DNA of 63,791 nucleotides, counting the filler, from Nemertoderma westbladi (lineage: Eukaryota; Animalia; Xenacoelomorpha): the NCBI GenBank assembly GCA_032718475.1. It is 3 parts of 3 records of this genome, joined end to end, with 100 filler letters (N's around TTAATTAATTAA, not from the genome) between each part and the next. Parts side by side here need not be neighbours in the genome. Positions count along the whole stretch, not along the records: positions 23,826 to 53,738 come from JAUCBJ010001012.1; 2 more parts are not named here. One strand, 5' to 3'. A model generated the notes under the pieces. It worked only from the letters and a program-made list of their open reading frames with translations. It was not told the DNA's origin and searched no databases. Made by a program: the position numbers and the translations under genes. Below, piece by piece: positions 36,203 through 47,700 of this stretch; position 1 is the first letter of the stretch, and each line of letters begins with the position of its first letter.

Positions 36203-36470
36203 TGTGGGACGTGTTTGACAAGTAACGTTCTAGAATACCTGCTACCAATTAGGCTGATATCTGTTGGAAAGATAAGATAGAAACCATTTAAGTGCAGTAC
36301 CAGAAACACCAATCCATGGTGGTCTACGGTATCGAATGCTGCGCTAAGATCCAATGCTACAAGCAGTACAGTAGACTGGTTATTAGAGTTGAAACAGAGA
36401 CCCATTTTTCTTAATCCCGGTGAACTAGAGACCTACCCAGAGAATTATTTTGGAAAATACCGGAGACCTG

Positions 36471-38389
36471 CAGCTGGTTCCACCAACTCTCACTAACAAG
36501 TTAGTGCCACTAACCGCTTAGGGTGGTGTTAGTGGCACTCAATTAAACTGTCCCACCGCGACCACTAAAGGCCATGATACACCACAGGAGCGGCGGGCGG
36601 CCGCGGCGAGCGGCCGATGTGAGCGGCGACTTTTAGTATGAAACAATATAGGAGTGGCGAGCGGCAGCAGCCATTTGTGGTGTATCATCACCCATAGAAA
36701 ATAATGTGTTCTATTTTTAAAAAGTGGCCGCTTGCCGCGGCCGTTCGCCGCTGCCGCTCGCCGCTGCCGCTCGCCGCTGCCGCTCGCCGCTGCCGCTGCC
36801 GCTCGCCACTCCTGTGGTGTATCATGGCCTTTACACTAACCCTATGCTTAGTGGCACTTACTGCCTCCCTAAAAGCCGCACTAAGCTTATTTTATTTCAA
36901 ACAAAGCTGTTTCCTGGGTGATTTATCATAATCATTAAAAATACTGCAGGTACTGTAGATGGCATATTGGCTGGAAGTGAGTTCTACCATACGTGGATAC
37001 ATGTTATTTGCCGCGATTTATAATTACTAAGATTATCAATACGAAGTATATTTTTAAGACATGCCGAAGGTTAATTTTATCGGTAGCCATTAATTTACTT
37101 TATGTTGTCTTACAATTATTGAACCATGTTATTTTAAATTTATAGAAAATACTCAGTGGAATTTCTATTATTATAATTCATATTGTAATTTAAACTCCTG
37201 TCAAATTACATTATCTTGAGTAATATCAATAACCTTATTTTCAACAATGTTATTGTGAATATGTTAAATTGACAATGGAATTTAATTAATTAAACGAAAC
37301 CAAAAAACATTTATAAATATGAGAGTACATAAATAAGTTTATTGATCGTACGGAATATTCATAATATTTACAGAATAATATAAAATACTGCTTGGATATT
37401 GAGCGATTTGTGGCCTTTGCAGTCCATAAATGCAAAACACGTTGCTTTTCCGACTGGTACCACAACATGGGTACAGTCCAATGCACCCACTATACCAGGA
37501 ATTCCTGTCAATCCAAAATCTCTCCTGTGTCCTACACTTTTGGTCCCCTTCTGGGAATGATATGAATTTGTCATTGTTTGCAACTATATTTGGGATTAAC
37601 CAGATTGCTCGACAGGCGCTGGACTTGGCCACACCGAAACAATAACCGGTGGTAATGGGCAGTTCTTAGAAGAAGCGAAGCAAGACAACCAACCCATCTC
37701 TAAATTCTTGTAGGAGAGACCTGACAGATTCCTTGTCAAACCTGTAACGGTGATAAAATTCAACGTCATTGTAGACCTGGAAAGGGTTAAATCTGTCCAA
37801 AATCCGCTGTTTTGGCATTTCGTATTGTCGTCGACGAGATTCATATAATATCAACTGACGAGCCGTCATCCTAATCATATATAAATGGATTTCCTTTATT
37901 ATTTTTTGTGTTAATATGGGGGCGAAATAATAGACACCTCCGAAAATAAAAAAAAACAATGTAGTAAAGTGTATAAAGTAAAATGTATACATGTAATGTA
38001 AAGTGGAAATAATGTGTATGTAAAGTGGTGTACAGTACATACAGTATGATAGGGTTCAATCAAAACAAATGAAATATATTTGTAATCAATCGCAAGTAAA
38101 AATATCCGACCAACAAAAGTAAATTCAGCAGTTAGTGTAGCTTTTAGGGATATCTAGAGGTCCCTAAGCAAATCGCACTCACGTTAGTGGCACTTACAGT
38201 TAGTGAGCTTGGTGGAACAGGCTAAGTGATAAGGGTGGCTCAGGTTAGTAGCACTAATCAGTAAGCACTAACACTAAGCGGTTAGTGAGCTTGGTGGAAC
38301 AGGCTAAGTCATAAGGGTGGCTCAGGGTAGTGGCACTAAGCAGTTAGCACTAACACTAAGCGGTTAGTGAGAGTTGGTGGAACCGGCTG
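36471..38389 (-). mobile_element. Degenerate Harbinger transposon with HARBI1-like DDE transposase remnants (~37370-37870)
   Basis: TIR CAGC(T/C)GGTTCCACCAACTCTCACTAAC; CTG/CAG flanks, with the empty site GACCAGAGAC visible at ~40725. Peptides EFYHRYRFDKES, GIPGIVGALDCTHV, KGHKSLNIQAV. Confidence 0.9.
36568..36831. mobile_element. GC-rich MITE nested in the Harbinger
   Basis: TIR AAGGCCATGATACACCACAGGAG, TA flanks, internal GCCGCT(C) repeats. Confidence 0.88.
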
Positions 38390-38407
38390 CAGAGACTTTG
38401 CTTATTT

Positions 38408-38506
38408 TAGTAATATAAGTTGAATGTGGTCTATATCACGTCATCGGTTTATAATAATAATAATATATATATAGATGATATAGACCACATTCAACTTATA
38501 TTACTA
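38408..38506. repeat. 31-bp perfect inverted repeat within a ~150-bp insertion in the hAT
   Basis: TAGTAATATAAGTTGAATGTGGTCTATATCA and its reverse complement. Host sequence ACTTTGCTTATTTT is duplicated at ~38395 and ~38545. Confidence 0.8.
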
Positions 38507-39327
38507 TGATTGCTCCCGTAACCTGGGCGATGAATTATCTTAGAACTTTGCTTATTTTTGTACTTATAATTAGGTTATGGCACAAACAGGTAGGTATGAA
38601 CTGATAACTATTTATGGTTGAATTACAGTGAATCCAACCGATTCAACCCTTACGTAATGGAAAAAATAAGCGCAAGTACAGTTTGGGTTAATGTTAATGT
38701 GTTACATTAATTTGTTTTGCTACATAGGGACTTTGTTAAATAAAAAAGGAACTTAATTTACAACTGTTAAAATCATATACATTCTAATGTACTCTATAAA
38801 CTTGCTCATTTAGGAATATAGTTAGTGACAGGTCGAGTACTCTACTCGACCCTATTGCAAGTCTCGTTACGCTCGTTCTCTTCATTTGGTCGCCGTAATA
38901 TATAACCTACAACAAGGTGAAAAGAGCTCTGCCTTTACTTTTACATTTAAACTTTATGGGAGCTCAAATTAAGCACCCTTATTCTTCAATAAGAACCCTC
39001 TTTAGGTGCAAATTTAACTTAAAATGAAACGCACCTTAAATTAAATAGAAGATTACCGGTTCATTTAGTGTGAGTCATGATTAAAAATAGGGTAGAAGTT
39101 GCTATATAATTGAGTTGAAGCTGAGAATTAAAAATAGTTAAAAATTAAAGTAATTATTTTTATAGTAAAAACATTTTTGTGATAAAATATTAATTTTTCA
39201 TTTTATCTTTACTTTACTTTACTAATTCACTTTAAGATAAATATATATTTTTAATTTGAAAAATCACTGATCTCTGGGTAAAATGTGTGTTTTCAATACC
39301 CGGGAACCAGAGACCTATCCAGAGACC

Positions 39328-39881
39328 TACTACTACTACTAGGATCGGCATGCTGCATTGCAGCTGCATTTTTAAGAATGCTGTGCCGGCTTGTCAACAA
39401 AATTGCACCGCCACAACTCCCTATCACCCATGACATTTGCTAGATCATCCGCATCTTCAAGGGCAGTGTCCTTTAAGATGCGTCTCAAAAAAGTCATGGG
39501 CTGTCCACCATGCTTATTCACTCCATGAGGCTGCCAAAGTACAAGATTATGCACTGGCTGGTCCTCACGGCGAAAGCAATGTCCTGCAAAGCGGAGGCGA
39601 TTTTGTTCTAGTGTCAAGCTTGGGGGAACCAATGAGACACCTCCAATGTTATATAGTGTCTGGTTGGAGATGTGTGCATTGTACTTGACACAATGAACCC
39701 GGCGTAGCATTCTTGTGAATGTGCCATCCAGAGATTTGGTGTCCTCAGTAGTTAGAGCCCAGCATGGACTCCCGTAGAGGAGTACTGGAACTACTGCTGC
39801 TCTAAATAATCGGACCTTAAGTTTCCGATTAATTCTAGGTGACTTCCAATTAATTCTAGGTGACTTCCAAATCCTGGAAAG
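39328..39881 (-). mobile_element. RTE LINE 3' fragment, copy 2
   Basis: Homologous to 11020-11540; (TAG)n tail; 14-bp TSD CCTATCCAGAGACC (39314-39327, 39882-39895). Confidence 0.92.
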
Positions 39882-40643
39882 CCTATCCAGAGACCAAGAT
39901 TTATCCAGAGACTAAAAAACTACCCGGAGAATCCAGAGAACAGAGACCAGTGACAGGTCTCTGTTTCAACTCTACTGGTTATCAATGGATTGAAGTATAT
40001 CGTTGTTAACCCGTAACCATAGCTGTCTCTCTACACTAGGACAAGTACGATAGGCACTTTGTTATCGTCCACATATAACATGTTAATGTAACATGTTATA
40101 TTATTATAAAAGCTAACCAGTTTTCTCCAGTTAACTGATTTCTAACCTAATCGTCTATTGTAAACTTGAAACAAACACATTGTGGAACAAATTCTAATTG
40201 ATTGATGTGACTTTTTCAAAGTAATTAATTATTTATTTATTGCAAATTAAATACACAATAAACATAATCATTTATTCGACCTCGTAAATTATAATAAATA
40301 TGATATTAAATTATTTTTTTCCATATTTCTCCTTTTAGGGCTCCCTATAAATACATTGAAATACATTTGTGCAATTTATTATAGTTTTGACGTTTATAGA
40401 CGATTTCCGGCACATATTATTACAACAATAAACAAATTTAAGGGAAAAATAGTTATGATTTAGAAAAGTTTACCAAACATTAAGAAAAATGTTACATTAA
40501 TTTTATTTTAATTCAAATTTTTAAAAGTTAATTTGCAATATCGGGTATTGCAAATCCAGACTCCGTTACAGGAATTCCCGCATGTAAGCAAACCAGCCAG
40601 CGAGCTACATCGAAGTGAGAGTCCGTTAAAGTTCGGTAGTCAT

Positions 40644-43600
40644 TAGAGTTGCAACAGAGACCTGTTTTTCTTAATCCCGGTAAACCAGAGCCCTACCCAG
40701 AGAATTATTTTGAAAAATACCGGAGACCAGAGACTTTGCTTATTTTTGTACTTATAGTTGATTATAGCACAAACAGGTACCGTGTACGCATGAACGAACT
40801 GAGACCAGTATGTATAAACGAAACCAGATAGGCCTGTTGCGCCGGTATCTGCTTGATAGTGTAAACTTTCAGTTTCATTTATGTAGGCCTCCTAATACTG
40901 TAGTAACCCGATATTGTTATCTACCTTAACTTAAAGCCTTATGTTCAGTAATCAGTATGTTGTGGTTGTCATTATACAACTAACGGTAGAGGTTCTAGCA
41001 TAATGACCGACTGTGTTGTTGCTTTTGTCTGGCCAATTTTCACTACGCGCTATATGCAATATAATGTATATGGTAGAAATAAATAATTAGAACTGAAACA
41101 TTATAGACCCCTAGAGAATTATTTCAATTTATTATTTTTTTTATTTTTAATAGATTTAGCCATATACAAGTCATATATAGTCATCTTTAGCAAATCTCGA
41201 AAAATCTCGATATTTTTCCATCGGGTTGGGGATTTTCCATCAGGATGCCAATTTTCAGGATCACGATCCCATTGCAACTATAGTCTCTGTACCAGTACCG
41301 GTAAGCCTACTTGAATTTTGAATTTTATAACTTTAATTTTTTGCCTACCCTTTATAATATCATTATATGTCACGTTTTGTCATGGAATCAAGCCATTCAT
41401 CTGATGAAAGTTACTTTCAGGATTCACAGGAATTTGAGGGATTTGATGATGCTGGAGGTAGTGAGATTGGTTCAGCGGTTGAGAACCAGTTGCATGAAGT
41501 TTCCGCATTTGAAATGGGTGGCAGTGGGGTATCAGCTGCTTCAGGAGTGGAAAACGGTAATGAAACAACAGTAATGTTGGTGAACAGTAATGAGGTGATG
41601 GTAAACCTTGAACAAGCTGACACGCGATCGACACTTGAACTTTTCTCCCCAATAGAGGTAGACAAAAGCCAAACATGGCATTTCTTTGAGAATAAGGGCC
41701 CTGAATTTGGGCTATGTAAAATCTGCAATAAAATGCTCAAGCGAGGTGGATCATGTACTGCACTGAAAAAGCACCTGAGGTTGGTGCACAAGAAGCAGCA
41801 CAATCAACTGGAGGAGCTGGAAGCGGAACAAGGGAGGATGAAGAAAGCTCGAGATTCAAAGATGGTTACGAAATCTAGCTTTATTGCTGCAAGAGAAACT
41901 GTCAAAACACAGCTGACTATCGAGCAAAGCCTGAATCGAAATAGGACATGGGCCTATGACAGCCCTGAAGCAAAGGAAGTTGATCGACTGATTGCAGAAA
42001 TGCTGGCGCTAGACGATTTGCCCTTCTTGCATGTAGAGGGGTTGGGTTTTCGACGCCTAATGCTTCACACATGCAAGCAATATAAGATAAAGGCGCGCAC
42101 GTTTTTTTCGCAAACTAAGGTGCCTGAGATCTATAATAAGTTGTCTGAGATGGTACGCAACTTCATCCAGTGCTTCGAAAAGTACTCATTCACCACCGAC
42201 ATATGGACGAACAAAAACTGTAAGGTTAGCTTGCTAAGTCTCACACTGCACGGCATTGATAAAGAAGCGAAGCGCTACAAGGTTGTGCTCAGTGCGTCTG
42301 AGTTTGATGATTCACACAACTATGCAACGATTGAGGCCAAGTTCCATGGGGAGCTTCAGCAGTGGGGTCTTAAACAAGAAGATGTGCATGTTGTATTGCG
42401 TGATGGTGGAACGAACATGGTCAGAGCATTCAGAGACATGGGGCTGACTAGCCTTGATTGCGCATGTCACCAATTGCACTTGGCAGTTGGCGAGGCCATC
42501 AAAGTGCAAGTATCTGTGAACAATGCAGTCTCCAAATGCCAGAAGATCTCACAGCACTTTAATAAGAGCTTCAAGGACAGTCATCATTTGCGCGAAATTC
42601 AGAAGAAGTATGACCAGAAGCAATTATCATTTATTCAGGATGTAGATAGTCGTCGGTGGAATTCTACTTTTGACAAGGTCGAGCGGCAACTGGAAATGCA
42701 GGTTAGCTACACACACTTTTGTGTTGAAATTGAAACAACTTTCGACATAAATCTCACTAAATATGAAATCGATCTGCTCCGCAAGCTGATCAAGATCCTT
42801 AAACCCATCAAGGATATGACTGTCTCATTGAGTGGCAGCGATGCTACTCTTGCTGATGAATTGTTTCTAAGTAAGGCGTTAATATTATTCTTAGGTCGTT
42901 ACAATGAACCGGACTTCATGGGGCTTCGTACTGTCATGCATTCATTGCACACTGCTGTGAAGAAACGATTTGACAAGATTGAGTGTATTGAACCAGTTCA
43001 GCTGGCCGCTATTCTGGATCCACGTCGCAAACTAAAATTGTTTTCATCGGATAGCGTGCGCAGTTCAGCACGTGAGGCTGCAGAACGTATTGCTATTAAA
43101 CTCTGTGATCCATCGCCTCCCCCAGTGGCCAAAGCCCCGAGAATAGATACAGTGCGTAGTAGTGACTTACTAACCATGGCGGAGGAAATGATAGAAAGTG
43201 AGGAAGAAGACCTGGGTACCTCCTCTATGGAATCAGACAATACAGCTCCGGCTGCTGAGGGGGTGTGCGAACTGCGCTCATATCTCACGGAAAAGCGAAT
43301 TGATAACTCATCCAACGTTTTGGCATGGTGGAAGGACAATTCTTCTAAGTACCCGACATTGTTCAGGATGGCACGCATATATCTTGCTACGACCCCCAGC
43401 AGTGTGCCATCCGAACAGCTGTTCACCCATGCTGGTATAATTTATACACCACGCCGAAATCGTCTGGCTGCAGAGAAAGCTGAAATGTTGCTCTTTATAA
43501 AATTCAATCTATGCTTACTTAAATTTGTGTATTAATTAATTCTGTTATTTTTAAGTGTTACATTAATTTGTTTATTATTTTGATTTTATTTGTTGTTGTT

Positions 43601-44409
43601 AATCTGTTTCATTACTTTGTTTATATTATTAATTCGTTCTTAATTTGTTATTGTTAATATTAATATGTTACAGTAATTTGTTTTGATACATAACATTTCT
43701 ATACCCTATCATACGTTGTTAATTAAAATAAGGCACTTATATTAAAACTGTTCAAATCATATACTTTTCAACTTACTATAAACTTTGTCATTTAGACATT
43801 TACGAATAGTTAGTGCACAGGTGTAGAACTCTTTTCGCGCAACGCCCACTTTACAAGCCTCGTTACGCTCGTTCTCTTTTAATTTGTTCGCCTACAACAA
43901 GGTGAAAAGAGTTTAACTTTTACTTTTAAACTTTGTGCTCAAATTAAGCACTCCCATCCTTAATTAAGAACCTTCTTTAGGTGCTAGGGTATCTTGATTA
44001 AACGCACATTAAATTAAATAGAAGATTGCCGGTACATTTAGTGTGAGTCATGATTAAAAATAGAGTAAAGTGATATATAATTTTGTCGAAGCTGATTTAA
44101 AATAGAACAAAATTAAAGGATTTATTTATAATAAAAAAAAAATTTTGTGAAAAAATATAATTTTGTTGAAGCTGAGTATTAAAATAGAACAAAATTAAAG
44201 GATTTATTTATAATTAAAAAAAAAATTTGTGAAAAAATCTTCATTTTGAATTATATGTTGTACAATATTATCTATTTTTCATTTGACAAAATCACTGATC
44301 TCTGGGTAAAATTGCTGTTTTCAATACCCGGGAACCAGAGACCTATCCGGAGACCAAAAAAATACCCAGAGAATCCAGAGATCAGTGACAGGTCTCTGTT
44401 ACAACTCTA
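40644..44409 (+). mobile_element. Full-length, potentially autonomous hAT DNA transposon
   Basis: TIR TAGAGTTG(C/T)AACAGAGACCTGT; perfect 8-bp TSD GTAGTCAT (40636-40643, 44410-44417); intact transposase. Confidence 0.96.
41367..43535 (+). CDS. hAT transposase, zf-BED-containing (ZBED1/ZBED4-like), 722 aa
   Basis: BED finger (WHFF..CKIC..LKKHLRLVH), TTDIW, VLRDGG, CACHQLHLAV, RWNST, and a C-terminal dimerisation region (LAWWK..YPTL..PSSVPSEQLF). Confidence 0.96.
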   Translation: MSRFVMESSHSSDESYFQDSQEFEGFDDAGGSEIGSAVENQLHEVSAFEMGGSGVSAASGVENGNETTVMLVNSNEVMVNLEQADTRSTLELFSPIEVDKSQTWHFFENKGPEFGLCKICNKMLKRGGSCTALKKHLRLVHKKQHNQLEELEAEQGRMKKARDSKMVTKSSFIAARETVKTQLTIEQSLNRNRTWAYDSPEAKEVDRLIAEMLALDDLPFLHVEGLGFRRLMLHTCKQYKIKARTFFSQTKVPEIYNKLSEMVRNFIQCFEKYSFTTDIWTNKNCKVSLLSLTLHGIDKEAKRYKVVLSASEFDDSHNYATIEAKFHGELQQWGLKQEDVHVVLRDGGTNMVRAFRDMGLTSLDCACHQLHLAVGEAIKVQVSVNNAVSKCQKISQHFNKSFKDSHHLREIQKKYDQKQLSFIQDVDSRRWNSTFDKVERQLEMQVSYTHFCVEIETTFDINLTKYEIDLLRKLIKILKPIKDMTVSLSGSDATLADELFLSKALILFLGRYNEPDFMGLRTVMHSLHTAVKKRFDKIECIEPVQLAAILDPRRKLKLFSSDSVRSSAREAAERIAIKLCDPSPPPVAKAPRIDTVRSSDLLTMAEEMIESEEEDLGTSSMESDNTAPAAEGVCELRSYLTEKRIDNSSNVLAWWKDNSSKYPTLFRMARIYLATTPSSVPSEQLFTHAGIIYTPRRNRLAAEKAEMLLFIKFNLCLLKFVY

Positions 44410-44765
44410 GTAGTCATGGTGACAAACTATAACGGCGGTCGCAAATGTCGCAAAATCAATAATTAAAGACGCCAACAAAATGTTTAACATGAAAAGTAAA
44501 TCGCAAACGAATATTTGATTACCGGTACTAATAACAATAATAAAATATACAATATTGGCCCATTTAACGCAATATAATATAACAACTACTTATAGATTGT
44601 TATACAATACCATTTGAATACACAATTAAAATAAAATGAAGTATAACGGACCGATTATTAATTATTAAATAAATCTCAATTTAATTAATTTGAAATTTAA
44701 TGCTAATTACAAAATGGAGTCAAAACTCCGCAGCCTCTACGCCCCGAATACATGTTGGGAATTAA

Positions 44766-47700
44766 TTAAGCTCTCCCGTCGTCTTCCTTGTCTGCTTCAT
44801 AAGTGTCGTCGTCAAGAGACAAGTCGTCATCGATGTTATTCTTACTATCAGCTAAGTCATCTTCCTCATCGTCGATCTCTTCACCGTCGATTACGTCCTC
44901 GTAAGCGGACGAAGAGGCGTCGGAGTCGGAATCGAGAACGGATGAGTCCCTTCGTACCCGGGGTTTATCGATACGAGAAATCAGTTCGGCGAGGTCTGTG
45001 AATCGATTCGCCGCCGCGTATAGATCGATGGAGGGGCGCCGCCGGAGTGTAGCCGGCTCGCTCGGACCCACCGGGGGCAGCGCGCCGACCCCGGGAGTGG
45101 TGTTCGTTCGCCACGTGTCGAACACCGCCTTGCCGTGTTGGTAACCCGCCGTGTAGATGTCATTGTAGCTGCCGAACTGCAGGGTGTGGAATCGGTCTAT
45201 AGGCGGCCGCACGTATCGCACGTAACTCGCCGTCTTTACCTCCTCGAGTTGTTTGACGCACGAGACGTAGGCCAACCGCGACTGGATCTCGTGCATGTCC
45301 GGAATCCGAACCGGGCTCGCCCAAGGGTTCCACCGCTTCCATAACAACCACCAGCCGCTCAAAGCATCGCCGTAGTTAGTAAGATCCTGTAAATCCTGCG
45401 AGCCGACATCAATAGCGATAACAGTCTTGCAACCAAAGGAACGCATCACATCAGCAGGAAGGTTATTAACGTAGCCGCCATCCAGGAGCAGATGGCCGTC
45501 GTCGGGGTCACACATAGGGGGTAGATAACCGGACAGACTCATACTGGCGCGGCAGTAACGCCACAGTGAGCCGGTGGTGTGAACGCGCATCCTAGACGAA
45601 GATATGTCGGTCGTGATGCAGAAGTAGGGGATCCAGAGGTCCTCGATCTGTTTGTCTTCAAATACGGCGTCGATCGCGCGATTAAACTGGGATCCACTGA
45701 AAAAGGAAGTCATGGGGTAAGTTAAATCGTAGAGACGCTTAACCATCGAGGTCATACTATCGGAGAAAGCGCGGGACTGTTTGATAAGATCGTCGATGGG
45801 ATTGTGGCAGAGTCCGCCATATAGAGCGCCCATGAAGGAGCCGATACTGGTTCCTCCGACCATATCGATTGGGATACCGGCTTCCTTTATCGCTTTAATT
45901 ATTCCGACTTGGGAGATTCCCCGGGCCCCGCCGCCTCCCAGAACCAACCCAACCGAAGTGCCGGTAAGGAATCGCGCCAGACGAGAGAAGTCGGAATGCG
46001 GGTCCGCCGGCGTCGCGAATATCTTTTGGTACATATCGAGGAGTTTTACGGGAGATCGACGTGTGAACACCCGTCTGGGACACCGGATGTGGTGGTGCGA
46101 GGTGCACCAACTCCGGACGTTGAGCCATTTAATGGTCTCCTTGGGCGCCGCACGGATCGGGTGCTCCCAGTCGCGATGCAGCAGCACCAACTCCTTCTGG
46201 GCGCGGACGGCCGTGTGTTCCAACTGGCGCTCCAGTTTGGAGACCCCGGGGTCGGTGTCCGCGCAGCCCACAATGAGGATGCAGTCGGCCTGGCGGATGC
46301 AGCGATGCGTCCAGGGCGTCAGCGCCGTGTCCGCCTGGTACAGGACGATCCTATGGGCGTCCTCCTGCTGCCCCAACCAGTTACTCAGTCGGTACTCGTG
46401 TATCGAGTCCAGGGCGTGCGGACCCAGAGTATCGAGGATCATGGCGGACGTGAGTCGCACCGCCGAGCCGATCTCGGTCAATGCGCGAACCAACTCCAGA
46501 GTAAACGATGACACCGGCACATTGTCATTTACTGGGATAACCGCAACGGTGGAGAGATTGGCGAGATTGGCGGAGTGATCGGTGGAACTTCCCTCGACTA
46601 GAGACTGATGGCTCGACGACATTGGAGATGTTATTTGACCTAGAATTCTTTGCCCCAATAAATGAATCAAACGCGTTACAACCTGCGGATGTTTCAACTT
46701 TATAAAGTTAACTAAACCTTCCGGGAGTTGCGCCATCTCGGTATCTCGTACGGCGTGCACAGACGTCGCGCGAACCGACTGAGTAAGAACCTCAACCAAC
46801 CCCACGAGGTCTCCCCTCCCATACTCACCGACTAGCCGCTTCTTACCATCAGTCCCGGAGGCTACGGATCGCAGACGACCACTGAGTATCATGTATATGG
46901 AGTCGGACCGATCCCCCTGGCGGTATACGGACCGACCGGCCTCAGTCTGCGCCCAATCCAAAGCGAAGTCAATCTGCCGCACAAACGGACTCATCCGTCG
47001 GACAATGCAACGCGCTACCGGTAGAACAACCTCCGGACATTCTCGCATTAAGTTATAGAAGTCAACCTTCGACATAATAATACATTTACATTCCTGTCTG
47101 GCCTTCATAGTGAAGAGCTGAGGGTCGCCGGTTAGAACGGCGAGCGGTCCCTCCAAATCCCCAGGATTTGCGACATAAATGGTGCGGTCGTGGCCTCTCT
47201 TGTCCTTTTCACACAAATGCAACTGGCCGGAGACGATAAAGAATAAATTAGCGTCAGTGTCACCCTGTTTAACCATGACGGTCCCCGCGATTATATTGGC
47301 TAAGATGATTTTATTATCCAGCAGTTGGGAGTCGCTCAGGTCCAATAGATTGGCCAAGTCCTGTTTGCCCATGTCTAACAGCTGTTCGTCGTCGTCTATT
47401 ATCTCCAGCGGTTTCGGATCCGCGCTGAAGGACAGGGAGGCCTCGCGAATTGGCCCGAGATTCCCGAATCCCATGGACATCGCCGTGTCCACCGCGCCAC
47501 TGCTGGACCGCGCACCTGGACTGCTCCCTAACACTTGGACCCTGGCGCGTCCGCAAGCCGCCTCGAAGTCTCCCCCTATTGGCTCAGGATTGCTCCCGCG
47601 ACGACACACTTTGGGAGTCGTCACGACATTCCCACCCGCTGAGTCGGAGTCCCTGTCATCGGAACCGGAACGATCGCGTTTATATTGGGAATGTTGGGTC

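Larger units (their letters stand above)
36384..39974 (+). mobile_element. Internally deleted, non-autonomous hAT (same family as 40644-44409)
   Basis: TIR TAGAGTTGAAACAGAGACC; perfect 8-bp TSD CTGGTTAT (36376-36383, 39975-39982); subterminal regions align with the autonomous copy; transposase absent. Confidence 0.92.
34493..40012 (-). mobile_element. CR1/L2-type LINE remnant broken into three pieces (39975-40012, 36203-36383, 34493-34656) by DNA-transposon insertions
   Basis: Removing the insertions joins VNNDILQSIDNQ|STVLLVALDLSAAFDTVDH...GTALKWFLSYLSNR...VP|QGSILCPILVSLY. The 3' end has GCGCTTAGAGC..GCGCGATACAAATG and a (TTA)n tail. Confidence 0.8.
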
